Of a DNA stretch of 44,469 bases, positions 30,292-40,124 are shown piece by piece. A model generated the notes under the pieces. It did not search any database, had not been told where the DNA came from, and was given only the letters and a program-made list of their open reading frames with translations. How positions within the stretch are numbered: position 1 is the first letter of the stretch; each line of letters starts with the position of its first letter. Position numbers and translations under genes: made by a program. This stretch comes from Porphyromonas sp. (GTDB lineage: Bacteria > Bacteroidota > Bacteroidia > Bacteroidales > Porphyromonadaceae), in the NCBI GenBank assembly GCA_034091595.1, contig JAXFXP010000154.1, positions 1 through 44,469 of the forward strand. The letters run 5' to 3'.

Positions 30292-30336
30292 CCTGCCGTG
30301 GTGTCCGCTATCGGATATCGCGGCAGGCTTTCTTTT
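30292..30336 (+). terminator. Intrinsic terminator of pdaD-pgk
   Basis: Stem CCTGCCGTGGTGTCCG/CGGATATCGCGGCAGG followed by CTTTCTTTT. Confidence 0.8.
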
Positions 30337-30434
30337 GTCTAGTGGTGTCATTTTCTTGAGTCGAAAGGATGGATTTTAACATCCTATAGAGCAAAAGGAT
30401 CTGCTCATAAGTTGCGTGTTCCAAGTAGAATACT

Positions 30435-30442
30435 TATCTTTG
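30435..30442 (+). promoter_or_regulatory. -7 element (TATCTTTG)
   Basis: TAnnTTTG match about 170 nt upstream of ATG 30613. Confidence 0.65.
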
Positions 30443-30612
30443 CCTAAGTGGGAGGACACCAGCTCATAGTTTTACCCCTTGTATCCCGAGGGCAATAAAG
30501 CATACCGAGTCTGCGTTACTCCTATGTTGCGAGGACGAACCTCTTGGTGAGGTATAGTCCCGCGGCTTACCTAATTACAGATTTACAAACCAACTAACAA
30601 AAGAGCTACTGC

Positions 30613-31611
30613 ATGACAAAGGCAACCCTATTCGTGCTATGTGCGTCTTTGTGTTTGAGCTTCGCAGCGCCCTTTGCTGGCCATAAGGCGTATGCTCAGA
30701 CAGCTAAGCGAGAGACGCACAAAGCGCAAACGGCGAGCACCTCTGCCGACAGAACGGCTTCGCCCAAAGGCCTCCTCGCTGATGGGATAGAGGTCAAGAA
30801 GAAAATCTCTACGCACCGCAAGCTACGTGATGCGGAGCTGAAGCGCCAGATGGAGCGTGAGGCTCTGGAGGCACCAGGAGAGGACCTTTATGGCGAGGAC
30901 TCATGGACACACAGCGTAAATCCTTTCGCTGGCATGAGCGTAGACATCCCCAACCGTTATGATATCAATCTTGATGGCTTTGTGATGCCTATTGAGCGTA
31001 GACAAGTAACGAGTCATTATGGCTATCGTGCCAGCTTTGGCCGGATGCACTATGGTACGGATCTGGCCCTCAGCGTGGGCGATACTGTACGTGCAGCCTA
31101 CTCGGGCAAAGTACGTGTAGCCGACTACGAAGGCGGAGGCTACGGACATTACCTAGTAGTAAGACATCCCAACGGCCTAGAGACGGTCTACGGGCATCTG
31201 CACCGCAGACTAGTAACAGAGGGTACTATCGTTAAGGCTGGCGACCCTATTGCTCTCGGGGGGAACACTGGGCGCTCTACGGGGCCACACCTCCACTTCG
31301 AAGCTCGCTTCATGGGTGTCCCACTCAATCCCAGTGAGCTATTTGACTTCCAGATGGGTGCTCCTCGGCAGGATATCTATGCCTTTGCCAAGAATAGCTA
31401 CAGCCGTGCTATTAGTCGTGCCTCTATGGCTCGTGCTAAGGCGGCCAAGCCATCGGAGAGCAAAGATAAGCCACAGACCTATCGTATACGCCGTGGAGAT
31501 ACGCTCGCCGAGATTGCTAGTAAGCATGGTATGACAGTGAGCCAGCTCAAGCGCCTCAATGGCCTAAGTAGCAACAAGGTGAGACCAGGCAAGAGCTTGC
31601 GCGTGTCTTAG
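30613..31611 (+). CDS. M23 peptidoglycan DD-metalloendopeptidase with C-terminal LysM
   Basis: HYGTD (HxxxD), YGHL, GNTGRSTGPHLHFE and LysM YRIRRGDTL...LNGL; signal peptide. Confidence 0.95.
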   Translation: MTKATLFVLCASLCLSFAAPFAGHKAYAQTAKRETHKAQTASTSADRTASPKGLLADGIEVKKKISTHRKLRDAELKRQMEREALEAPGEDLYGEDSWTHSVNPFAGMSVDIPNRYDINLDGFVMPIERRQVTSHYGYRASFGRMHYGTDLALSVGDTVRAAYSGKVRVADYEGGGYGHYLVVRHPNGLETVYGHLHRRLVTEGTIVKAGDPIALGGNTGRSTGPHLHFEARFMGVPLNPSELFDFQMGAPRQDIYAFAKNSYSRAISRASMARAKAAKPSESKDKPQTYRIRRGDTLAEIASKHGMTVSQLKRLNGLSSNKVRPGKSLRVS

Positions 31612-31683
31612 TAGCTTGGGCTATCTGAGACCAAACACCGGAGATATAACCAAAGAGACACAATACAAACTACTTTTCGACTG

Positions 31684-31730
31684 GATGACCTCCCTGGCTG
31701 GTTTAGACCATGCTAGGGAGGCATCTTTTT
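31684..31730 (+). terminator. Intrinsic terminator
   Basis: Stem GATG-CCTCCCTGGC/GCTAGGGAGGCATC followed by T5. Confidence 0.75.
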
Positions 31731-31731
31731 G

Positions 31732-31739
31732 TATCTTTG
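31732..31739 (+). promoter_or_regulatory. -7 element (TATCTTTG)
   Basis: TAnnTTTG match 34 nt upstream of ATG 31774. Confidence 0.6.
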
Positions 31740-31773
31740 TACCAAGACAATTCATAACATAAAAGATGCGCAT

Positions 31774-32457
31774 ATGATTCGTAAGCTACTACGCAGGCTC
31801 TGCCTCGGGCTTTGCCTACTCACCACTGTACTCGTAGAGGCTCAGACATCTGGTACTCGTGCCCGTGTTTTGGTAGAGACTAGCAAGGGTAAGTTTGTCC
31901 TAGAGCTCTTCGATGAGACACCCAAGCATAGGGATGCTTTCTTGGCCAATGTACGTGCTGGTAGTTATGATGGCACGCTCTTTCACCGTGTTATCAAAAA
32001 CTTTATGATACAAGGGGGGAATCTAAAGAGCAAGGGCTTGCGCTATGAGGATGAGTTGCCAGAGGACTCTATCTCGGGAACTATCGAGCCTGAGTTTCTC
32101 CCTGAGCGCTACATCCATACCCGTGGCATGCTGGCTGCTGCACGCCTAGGAGATGACGAGAATCCCAAGAAACTATCCTCGGGCTCGCAGTTCTATATTG
32201 TTACGGGTAAGTTTTACACCGAGTTTGACCTCAACAAAGAGGAGGAGAAGCATGGGCGACGCTACACCCCCGCACAGCGCCAGGCCTATATGAGTGAGGG
32301 TGGTGCAGCACACCTCGATGGGGCCTATACCATCTTCGGACGCTTGCTGGATAGCAAGGACTTTAAGGTCATCGACAAGATACAGCGTGCCGAGACAGAT
32401 GGCGATGATCGTCCGATCAAGAATATAGTCATCAAGCGTATGACTATTCTCCCCTAG
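31774..32457 (+). CDS. Cyclophilin-type peptidyl-prolyl isomerase, exported
   Basis: FHRVIKNFMIQGG, SGSQFYIV and HLDGAYTIFG motifs; signal peptide from ATG 31774. Confidence 0.93.
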   Translation: MIRKLLRRLCLGLCLLTTVLVEAQTSGTRARVLVETSKGKFVLELFDETPKHRDAFLANVRAGSYDGTLFHRVIKNFMIQGGNLKSKGLRYEDELPEDSISGTIEPEFLPERYIHTRGMLAAARLGDDENPKKLSSGSQFYIVTGKFYTEFDLNKEEEKHGRRYTPAQRQAYMSEGGAAHLDGAYTIFGRLLDSKDFKVIDKIQRAETDGDDRPIKNIVIKRMTILP

Positions 32458-32491
32458 AGATTCTCTCTATTGGGCAACCATCTCGCAGCAT

Positions 32492-32530
32492 AAGAGCCAT
32501 TTATCAGCATGATAGGTGGCTCTTTTATTT
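32492..32530 (+). terminator. Intrinsic terminator
   Basis: Stem AAGAGCCATTTATCA/TGATAGGTGGCTCTT followed by TTATTT. Confidence 0.75.
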
Positions 32531-32595
32531 GTTATGCTCGGTTAAACCTTAAAATACTATCTTTATCAGAGAATTTAGAACTATTACACCGTATC

Positions 32596-35500
32596 ATGAT
32601 AAAAGTATTACCCCCCACTTGGGGCTATGGCAGTCTAGCCGTACTTGCCCTAGCCTTGGCTGTGCCGAGTACCTTGTCGGCACGGCCACAGGCCGTAGAG
32701 CAGCGAAGTGAGCGTGCCGCTGTTAGCCAAGTGAAACAGCTCAACCCTACGACTTACGAAGTCTACTTTAGCGATGGACGCATCCTCACGATAGACTTCT
32801 ATACCAATGATATTATACGCCTTTTCCTAGACCCCCAGGGGGGTGTCGTGCGTGCTCCCAAAGCATCGCCCGAGGCACAGATACTTGTCGACAACCCCCG
32901 AAAGCAGATAGCGCCCATTGAGCGTGAGGAGACGAAAACACAGGTGCGCCTACGCTCGGCTAGTGGCCTGCGTCTGGATATAGATCGTATCTCGGGGCTA
33001 CTGAGCTTGGTAGATGCTGGTGGACACGTCCTAGTACGTCAGCTGGAGCCTCTCACGATTGCCAAGGGGGCGACGACACTCCGCCTATCCTCCACGCCTG
33101 CCGAGTACTACTACGGTGGAGGCGTGCAGAATGGGCGTTTCTCGCACCGTGGTAAGGCTATTGACATCGTGAATACCAATAACTGGGTCGATGGCGGGGT
33201 AGCATCGCCTACGCCCTTCTATTGGTCTACGGCGGGTTATGGGCTGATGTGGCATACTTTCCGCCCAGGGCGTTACGACTTCGATACCAAGGCGCAGGGA
33301 CGTGTAGAGCTAACGCATCAGGAGGAATATCTAGATGTCTTCTTGATGGCTGCACCTACGCCAACGGGCCTACTGCAGCAGTTCTATCAGATTACTGGCA
33401 AGCCCGTGCTCATGCCGAAGTTTGGCTTTTATCAGGGACACCTCAATGCTTATAACCGAGATTATTGGCAGGTAACGACGGATACCAAGCGTGGTATACG
33501 TTTCCCCGATGGCAAGTATTATACCGAGAGTCAGAAAGACAACGGAGGCGTCAAGGAGAGTCTCAACGGAGAGCGAGGCAATTACCAGTTCTCGGCACGT
33601 GCAGCTCTAGATAGATACCTACAGAATGATATGCCACTTGGTTGGTTCTTACCCAACGATGGCTATGGTGCTGGCTATGGTCAGACTGAGAGCCTCGAGG
33701 GTAATGTGGAGAACCTACGCCTCTTTGGTGAGTATGCCCGCAAGCAGGGGGTAGAGATCGGTCTCTGGACGCAGTCTGATCTCCATCCTAAACCAGGTAT
33801 ATCGCCACTCCTACAGCGTGATATCGTCAAGGAGGTGCGAGATGCAGGGGTACGTGTCCTCAAGACAGACGTAGCTTGGGTGGGCGCTGGTTATTCGTTT
33901 GGCCTCAATGGTGTGGCCGACGTAGCTCAGATTATGCCGTACTATGGTCAAGCGGCTAGACCGTTTATCATCTCTCTAGATGGTTGGGCAGGTACTCAGC
34001 GCTATGCGACTATCTGGAGCGGCGACCAAACGGGTGGCGAATGGGAGTATATCCGTTTCCATATCCCCACCTTCATAGGCTCTGGCCTCTCGGGGCAACC
34101 CAATATCACGAGTGATGTAGATGGCATCTTCGGGGGCAAGAATTCGGCTGTGAATATCCGCGAGTTCCAGTGGAAGACTTTCACACCGATGGAGCTAAAC
34201 ATGGATGGGTGGGGGAGCAACCCTAAGTTCCCAGATGCCCTAGGGGAGCCAGCCACGTCTATCAATCGCTGGTACCTCAAGATGAAGAGCATGCTTATGC
34301 CCTATGCCTACACCATTGCCCGTGAGGCCGTGGACGGTAAGCCTATGATACGGGCCATGATGCTAGAGTACCCAAACGACTTCACGCTGGGCACAGCCAC
34401 ACGCTATCAATACCTATATGGGCGGGATTTCCTCATCGCTCCCATCTATCAGCCTACACGCATCGATGCAGAGGGCAACGATGTACGCCACGGTATCTAT
34501 CTCCCTGAGGGAACGCTCTGGTACGACTATTTCACGGGTGAGGCCTATGCTGGTGGACGTATTATCAATGACTACGCAGCCCCTATCTGGAAGCTCCCTA
34601 TCTTCGTGCGTGCTGGTGCTATAATCCCTGTTACCATCCCCCATAATACCCCCAACGAACAGCCTAGGGACTATCGTGCCTACGAGCTGTATCCTGCCCA
34701 AGGGACGCATATGAGTCAGGAGTATGATGATGACGGCCGTAGCGAAGCCTACCGTCTAGGAGCCGACAAGCGTACAGCTCTTAGGATGAACCTCGATGGT
34801 ACGCATCTGACCTTCTCGATAGGCCCCAGCGAGGGCAAGGGCTTCTCGGGTTACGAGCCTCGTAAGCGTACCGAGGTACGTATCAACGTGAGTGAGGAGC
34901 CAGGTAAGGTCAGCTGTCAGGCTGGCGGTCGTCGCGTGGCCTTGCGTCGTGCTACATCGCTGGCTGACTACGAGGCGAGCGAGAATGTGTATTATTACGA
35001 CGCTGCCCCAGAGCTCAATAAGTTTGCTACAGAGGGGACACCCTTTGCGCATGTGAGCATTCGCCGTAATCCACAGTTGCTCGTCAAGCTAGCAGCTATT
35101 GATGCCGATAAGCAGGAGGTCGTACTCAGCGTACGTGGAGTACGCTTCGATGTAGCCTCATCTCTGCTGAAAAAGAGTGGAGCCCTTACGGCTCCTCAGG
35201 CACTGCACGTAGCCGAGGCCAAGTCTACTGACCTTATGCTCGGCTGGGAGCCTGTAGACAATGCCGACTACTACGAGATACGCTTCGAGGATCGTATCTA
35301 TTCGACTATTCGTACAAACTCGCTACGTTTCGAAGACCTTCGTCCGGATATGCCTTACACCTTCGAGCTGCGTGCAGTCAATCGCGATGGGGCTAGCGAG
35401 TGGACGAGCCTTGGGGCCAAGACATCTGTAGACCCTCTTCTCTGGGCGATTAAAGGCATCAGTGGGGTAACGAGCTGTGCCAATCAGGGAGGGACACCCG

Positions 35501-36459
35501 TCTCTGCACTCTTTGACCACGATGACAAGAGTATGTGGCATACTGCTTGGAGCCAAAAGGCTGTTCCCTTCACCCTGGATGTGGACCTCAGGGCACTCTA
35601 CGAGGTGGATACCATCCGCTATGTGCCTAGAGATGACGCTGGTAATGGTACTCTCCTACGTGGTACACTATCGTATAGTACGGACAAGATTAACTGGAGT
35701 AAGCCTGTTGCCTGGACGTGGGCACGCAATGCGATGGCTAAGGATATCGTCCTGCCAGAGGCTGATCGTGTGCGTTATCTCCGCTTTGAGGTCGCTGAGG
35801 CTACCGGTAACTTTGGCTCGGGCCGTGAGCTGCTTGTTTTCCGTCGACCTGGTACAGAGGCTTTGCTACAGGGTGATATCAATAAGGATAAGCGCATTGA
35901 TGAGAACGACCTGACATCCTATATGAACTATACGGGTCTACGGCGTAGCGATGCGGACTTCGATTATGTAAGTGCTGGTGATATTAATAGTAATGGTCTC
36001 ATAGATGCCTACGACATCGCACATGTGGCTGTCAGTCTGAATGGAGGTGCACAGCCTACGAGTGGCGACAAGGTGCAGGGCAAGCTGCTGCTCAAACCTA
36101 GTGCGCAGCAGTTCCGTGCAGGTGATGAGATTGCAATAGCAGTCCACGGCTCTCAGGATATGCAAGCTGTCAATGCTATGAGCTTCGCATTGCCCTACGA
36201 TGCTACGCTCTACGAGTACCTAGGCACAAGCGTAAGCGGGGCTAAAACAATGGAAAACCTCACTTATGATCGCCTACATAGCAATGGCACGAAGGCCCTA
36301 TACCCCACCTTTGTGAATCTTGGTCAGGCTGCTACGCTCTCTGGTGATGGCGAGCTCTTCGTTATCCGCCTGCGTGCTAAGCGTGCAGGTAAGTTTAATT
36401 TAAGTATGCTGGATGGTATTCTAGTGGATAGAGCTCTAGGCTCTGTGCGCTGGCCCTAG
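32596..36459 (+). CDS. GH31 glycoside hydrolase, probably alpha-N-acetylgalactosaminidase (Nag31-like), with Fn3, F5/8 (CBM32-like), dockerin-like and cohesin-like modules
   Basis: WFLPNDGYG, LKTDVAWVG (nucleophile Asp) and QRYATIWSGDQ (acid/base Asp). Also an Fn3 segment (YTFELRAVN), an F5/8 segment (WHTAW) and paired GDIN.D..ID EF-hand repeats. Start set at ATG 32596. Confidence 0.88.
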   Translation: MIKVLPPTWGYGSLAVLALALAVPSTLSARPQAVEQRSERAAVSQVKQLNPTTYEVYFSDGRILTIDFYTNDIIRLFLDPQGGVVRAPKASPEAQILVDNPRKQIAPIEREETKTQVRLRSASGLRLDIDRISGLLSLVDAGGHVLVRQLEPLTIAKGATTLRLSSTPAEYYYGGGVQNGRFSHRGKAIDIVNTNNWVDGGVASPTPFYWSTAGYGLMWHTFRPGRYDFDTKAQGRVELTHQEEYLDVFLMAAPTPTGLLQQFYQITGKPVLMPKFGFYQGHLNAYNRDYWQVTTDTKRGIRFPDGKYYTESQKDNGGVKESLNGERGNYQFSARAALDRYLQNDMPLGWFLPNDGYGAGYGQTESLEGNVENLRLFGEYARKQGVEIGLWTQSDLHPKPGISPLLQRDIVKEVRDAGVRVLKTDVAWVGAGYSFGLNGVADVAQIMPYYGQAARPFIISLDGWAGTQRYATIWSGDQTGGEWEYIRFHIPTFIGSGLSGQPNITSDVDGIFGGKNSAVNIREFQWKTFTPMELNMDGWGSNPKFPDALGEPATSINRWYLKMKSMLMPYAYTIAREAVDGKPMIRAMMLEYPNDFTLGTATRYQYLYGRDFLIAPIYQPTRIDAEGNDVRHGIYLPEGTLWYDYFTGEAYAGGRIINDYAAPIWKLPIFVRAGAIIPVTIPHNTPNEQPRDYRAYELYPAQGTHMSQEYDDDGRSEAYRLGADKRTALRMNLDGTHLTFSIGPSEGKGFSGYEPRKRTEVRINVSEEPGKVSCQAGGRRVALRRATSLADYEASENVYYYDAAPELNKFATEGTPFAHVSIRRNPQLLVKLAAIDADKQEVVLSVRGVRFDVASSLLKKSGALTAPQALHVAEAKSTDLMLGWEPVDNADYYEIRFEDRIYSTIRTNSLRFEDLRPDMPYTFELRAVNRDGASEWTSLGAKTSVDPLLWAIKGISGVTSCANQGGTPVSALFDHDDKSMWHTAWSQKAVPFTLDVDLRALYEVDTIRYVPRDDAGNGTLLRGTLSYSTDKINWSKPVAWTWARNAMAKDIVLPEADRVRYLRFEVAEATGNFGSGRELLVFRRPGTEALLQGDINKDKRIDENDLTSYMNYTGLRRSDADFDYVSAGDINSNGLIDAYDIAHVAVSLNGGAQPTSGDKVQGKLLLKPSAQQFRAGDEIAIAVHGSQDMQAVNAMSFALPYDATLYEYLGTSVSGAKTMENLTYDRLHSNGTKALYPTFVNLGQAATLSGDGELFVIRLRAKRAGKFNLSMLDGILVDRALGSVRWP

Positions 36460-36485
36460 CCTTTAGGAGTACCCCGAGCATACAT

Positions 36486-36535
36486 CAATCCCCCACTATG
36501 GGACGCTTCCATAGAGCGACCATAGTGGGGGATTG
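36486..36535. terminator. Hairpin between convergent genes
   Basis: 16-bp stem CAATCCCCCACTATGG/CCATAGTGGGGGATTG. Confidence 0.8.
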
Positions 36536-36557
36536 TTTTCCCTATCCTGGTAGGTGG

Positions 36558-37388
36558 CTAGTAGTTCTTCAGGATACTACGTAGCTTGCTGTCTTTGATC
36601 TCTAGACTAGGGTAGCCACCATTCATGGCCTTCTCCCAAGTTCCGTAGTTGGGGTTAGGGAGGACGATAAAGCGCTTGCCGAATTCTTGCTTCCAAGCTC
36701 GTACGCCCTCGGCACGCTCGCTTTCGCTACTGCTGTCGAAGACGTGCTCGAAGTCTCCTAGGTTATCTCCGAGCAGTAGTACTATGTCGTGCCTTGTGGC
36801 GACTTGTTGACGGCGCTCTGTCTTGTCGCTCGTGGTCGTACGGAGCATAAGCTGCTCGTCTGTGGCCTGAGGGAAGCCGTAGGTGCGGAGGTTTTTGAGA
36901 GTACCCTGGCGGTTGCGCTCGGTACGGTTACTGATGTAGAATATTTTCACCCCCTTGCTGTCTGCATAGCGGAAGAACTGCAGAGCCCCTGCTAGGGGGA
37001 TAGCCTCGGCACGGTCGCACCACTCATCCCAGCTCTTGTCTGTATAGTCCTCGCCTCGTAGAGCTTGATGCACCGAGTTGGGCGAGTTGTCTAGGACGGT
37101 CTCATCAATGTCTGTAATGATGGCCAGGAGCTTGGCGCCTTTGTGGCGGAGAGCTTCGTCTAGGCGGAGAGTCGCTAGGGCATAGCTCTGTTCGCAGAGC
37201 GCTTGGTATTCGGCAGAGCGCTGTATCCAGGCAGAGGTAAAGAGTTTCCCTCCGAGGGTGGGGCTCATAGCCTGCTTCTTGTTCGATTCGTTGTAGCGTG
37301 TGCTACGGTCTTGGCTATTAACGACGATACAGCTTGTGGTCGCCAGCGTTAGGCCTAAGGTGATAAGTAGTGATTTTGTTGCTTGCAT
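36558..37388 (-). CDS. 5'-nucleotidase lipoprotein, e(P4) family (class C acid phosphatase)
   Basis: Lipobox TTS-C, DIDETVLDNS, YISNR, GDNLGDF and LPNPNYGTWE motifs. Confidence 0.93.
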   Translation of the reverse strand: MQATKSLLITLGLTLATTSCIVVNSQDRSTRYNESNKKQAMSPTLGGKLFTSAWIQRSAEYQALCEQSYALATLRLDEALRHKGAKLLAIITDIDETVLDNSPNSVHQALRGEDYTDKSWDEWCDRAEAIPLAGALQFFRYADSKGVKIFYISNRTERNRQGTLKNLRTYGFPQATDEQLMLRTTTSDKTERRQQVATRHDIVLLLGDNLGDFEHVFDSSSESERAEGVRAWKQEFGKRFIVLPNPNYGTWEKAMNGGYPSLEIKDSKLRSILKNY

Positions 37389-37400
37389 AGTCTGGTGTTA

Positions 37401-37982
37401 TTAATGCTTATGTCGATTGTAACAGATGCGGCATAGTGGGGCATATTCCTTTACCTCGCCAAGTAAGACCTGAGCCTCTCCGCTGACGAGGCGGTGCGAG
37501 TAGTTGGCTAGACGTCCACACTCTACACAGATGGCGTGTATCTTGTCTACTGAGTCAGCGATAGCGCACAGCTCTGCCATCGGCCCGAAAGGCTGACGAC
37601 GGAAGTCCATATCGAGTCCCGCTATAATAACGCGTACTCCCTTGTCGGCTAGCTCCTGAGCTACCGCTATGAGTCCAGGGTCAAAGAATTGGGCTTCGTC
37701 AATACCTACGACATCGACCTCGGAGGACATCAGCAGGATACTGGCCGAGCTCTCTACGGGGGTGGAGGTGATGCTGTTACGGTCGTGCGACACTACCTCT
37801 ACCTCGTCGTAGCGGGTATCTAGGGCGGGCTTGAAGACCTCGATACGCTGATTGGCAAATTTGGCTCGTCTGAGGCGACGCATAAGCTCCTCGGTTTTGC
37901 CACTAAACATCGAGCCACAGATGATCTCTATCGAGCCACGTAATCCATCGGCACGATTCTCTATATGCTGGCTGTACTGCAT
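37401..37982 (-). CDS. tdk: Thymidine kinase
   Basis: [25 protein letters not shown] and Zn-binding CxxC motifs. Confidence 0.97.
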   Translation of the reverse strand: MQYSQHIENRADGLRGSIEIICGSMFSGKTEELMRRLRRAKFANQRIEVFKPALDTRYDEVEVVSHDRNSITSTPVESSASILLMSSEVDVVGIDEAQFFDPGLIAVAQELADKGVRVIIAGLDMDFRRQPFGPMAELCAIADSVDKIHAICVECGRLANYSHRLVSGEAQVLLGEVKEYAPLCRICYNRHKH

Positions 37983-37984
37983 GG

Positions 37985-38431
37985 CTAGTCGTTGCGATAA
38001 AGCTTAGCCGAGAGGATACGTGCTCCGTCTTCCTCCTCGCGGATACTCACCTCTACGGTGTCTCCGGGTAGGACCTCACGAATGATATCTGGCCACTCTA
38101 TGAGGCAGAGGGCTCCGCTCATTAGATAGTCCTCTACACCAAGGTTTAGGGCATCGTCGAGGCGCTCTAGGCGGTAGCAATCGAAGTGGTAGATAAGCTC
38201 TCCCGAGTCATCCGAGCGATACTCGTTGATGATGGAGAAGGTGGGGCTGTTGATGACATCTGTAACGCCAAGGCTCTCCACTAGCGCCTTGATGAATGTG
38301 GTCTTGCCAGTCCCCATGGGGGCATCGAAGGCGAAGACATCCCCATAGGGTAGTATCTCCTCGATGAACCACTCTACGGCCGCTGGTAAGTCGGCAAGGG
38401 TGGGAATACGATATTGTAGTTGTATCTGCAT
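37985..38431 (-). CDS. tsaE: tRNA t6A biosynthesis ATPase TsaE
   Basis: [25 protein letters not shown] and IEWP motifs. Confidence 0.96.
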   Translation of the reverse strand: MQIQLQYRIPTLADLPAAVEWFIEEILPYGDVFAFDAPMGTGKTTFIKALVESLGVTDVINSPTFSIINEYRSDDSGELIYHFDCYRLERLDDALNLGVEDYLMSGALCLIEWPDIIREVLPGDTVEVSIREEEDGARILSAKLYRND

Positions 38432-38499
38432 AGTCTGTATATTAGTGTGCCGACGCTCCGCCCGAGCGTAGGGCTCTAGGCGGAGCGTCGGTAGGTGGT

Positions 38500-40050
38500 C
38501 TACTTAGGGCTCATTGTGATGAGCGGTACGAGCATCTCCTCTAGCGATACGCCTCCGTGCTGGAAGGTATCTCGATAGTACTGTACGTAGTAGTTGTAGT
38601 TATTAGGGTAAGCGAAGAAGTCATTACCGAGGCTGAAGACATATTTGTCCGACAGGTTGTTTTTGGGCAGGCCTATACGCTCGGGTTTGTCTATTACCAT
38701 CACGGACTTATCATTGACCGTTAGGCTCTTGCCAACCTTATAACGCAGGTTTGTATTGGTGTTCTTATCGCCGATAATCTTGACGGGATTCTTCACACGG
38801 ATAGTCCCGTGGTCAGTCGTTAGTACGACCTTGTAACCCAGCTCGGCAATACGCTTAAATAGCTCGTAGGTCATCGAGTGGCGAAACCAGCTGGTGGTCA
38901 GTGAGCGATAGGCAGCCTCGCTGTTGGCTAGCTCCCGTATCATCTTGCTCTCGGTGCGGGCATGCGAGAGCATATCGACAAAGTTGAGGACTATAACGTT
39001 GAGGTCAAAGTCCCGTAGCCCGTTGATGCTGGCCAGTAGACGCTCTCCATAGCGCTGCTCATATACCTTGTTGTACGAGAAAGTATAGCGCTTGCGATAG
39101 CGGTCGAGTAGCGTCTGTATCATGGGCTCCTCATTGAGGTTCTTGCCCTCTTCACTCTCTTCGTCTACCCATAGGTCTGGGAACATCTTGGCGATGTCTA
39201 GAGGCATTAGGCCCGAGAAGATAGCATTGCGGGCGTACTGCGTGGCAGTAGGCAGGATGCTCATGTACATATCCTCTTCGAAGGTGTAGAACTCGCTGAG
39301 CAAGCCCTTGACACTCTCCCATTGGTCGAGGCGGAAGTTGTCTATGAGGATGAAAAAGACCTTCTCTCCCTTATCAAGTAGAGGGAATACCTTCGTCTTG
39401 AATAAGTCGGGGCTCATCATTGGCTTGTCCTCAGCTCCTGCGAGCCAACGCTCGTAGTTGCTAGAGACATAGCGGCCGAATAGTCGTCCGGCTTCGGCTT
39501 TCTGCATCTCAAGGAGCTCCCCCATTGGGGCTTCCCCTTCCTCTAGGGCGGTCTCCCAGTATACGAGTCGGCGGTAGAGTTCCTTCCATTCCTCTAGGTT
39601 GAGGCGTTCGCTCATACTAGCACCAAGACGAGCGAATTCCTGACGGTAGTTAGTCGTAGTCGTTTCGCTGATAATGCTGGACTGGTGAAGGTTCTTTTTG
39701 AGACTTAGTAGGAGCTGGTTCGGATTGACAGGTTTGATGAGGTAGTCAGCTATCTTGCCTCCAATAGCTTGGTTCATCAGGTCTTCCTCCTCGCTCTTGG
39801 TGACCATCACGATGGGGATGTAGGGCTTGAGCTCCTTGATACGTTGTAGGGCATCAAGGCCTGTTACGCCAGGCATATTTTCGTCGAGGAAGATAAGGTC
39901 GTAGTGGTTTTGCGCTACAGCCTCTATGGCGTCTGCGCCACTCAGCACGGGTGTTACAGCATAGCCTTTGGCCTCTAGGAAGAGGATGTGTGGCTTGAGC
40001 AGGTCGATTTCGTCGTCTGCCCAGAGTATTTGATAAGTCTTCGTATTCAT
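38500..40050 (-). CDS. porX: T9SS response regulator PorX (receiver domain plus PglZ/alkaline-phosphatase domain)
   Basis: Receiver domain [14 protein letters not shown]...FLDENMPG; PglZ motifs [19 protein letters not shown] and [11 protein letters not shown]; adjacent to tsaE. Confidence 0.93.
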   Translation of the reverse strand: MNTKTYQILWADDEIDLLKPHILFLEAKGYAVTPVLSGADAIEAVAQNHYDLIFLDENMPGVTGLDALQRIKELKPYIPIVMVTKSEEEDLMNQAIGGKIADYLIKPVNPNQLLLSLKKNLHQSSIISETTTTNYRQEFARLGASMSERLNLEEWKELYRRLVYWETALEEGEAPMGELLEMQKAEAGRLFGRYVSSNYERWLAGAEDKPMMSPDLFKTKVFPLLDKGEKVFFILIDNFRLDQWESVKGLLSEFYTFEEDMYMSILPTATQYARNAIFSGLMPLDIAKMFPDLWVDEESEEGKNLNEEPMIQTLLDRYRKRYTFSYNKVYEQRYGERLLASINGLRDFDLNVIVLNFVDMLSHARTESKMIRELANSEAAYRSLTTSWFRHSMTYELFKRIAELGYKVVLTTDHGTIRVKNPVKIIGDKNTNTNLRYKVGKSLTVNDKSVMVIDKPERIGLPKNNLSDKYVFSLGNDFFAYPNNYNYYVQYYRDTFQHGGVSLEEMLVPLITMSPK

Positions 40051-40124
40051 ATAATGTATAACGTAGCTGTAGCGCTATAGATTTTGTAGCCCAGTGCCGA
40101 TGTACTTAGTGGCAGAGCTGTAGG

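Noticed and set aside
4322-32457. Many signal peptides followed by Gln (GH20, SusC, protease, LolA, OMP, M23, cyclophilin)
   Set aside because: Real, but this is the known Bacteroidetes pyroglutamate Q-rule rather than a novelty.
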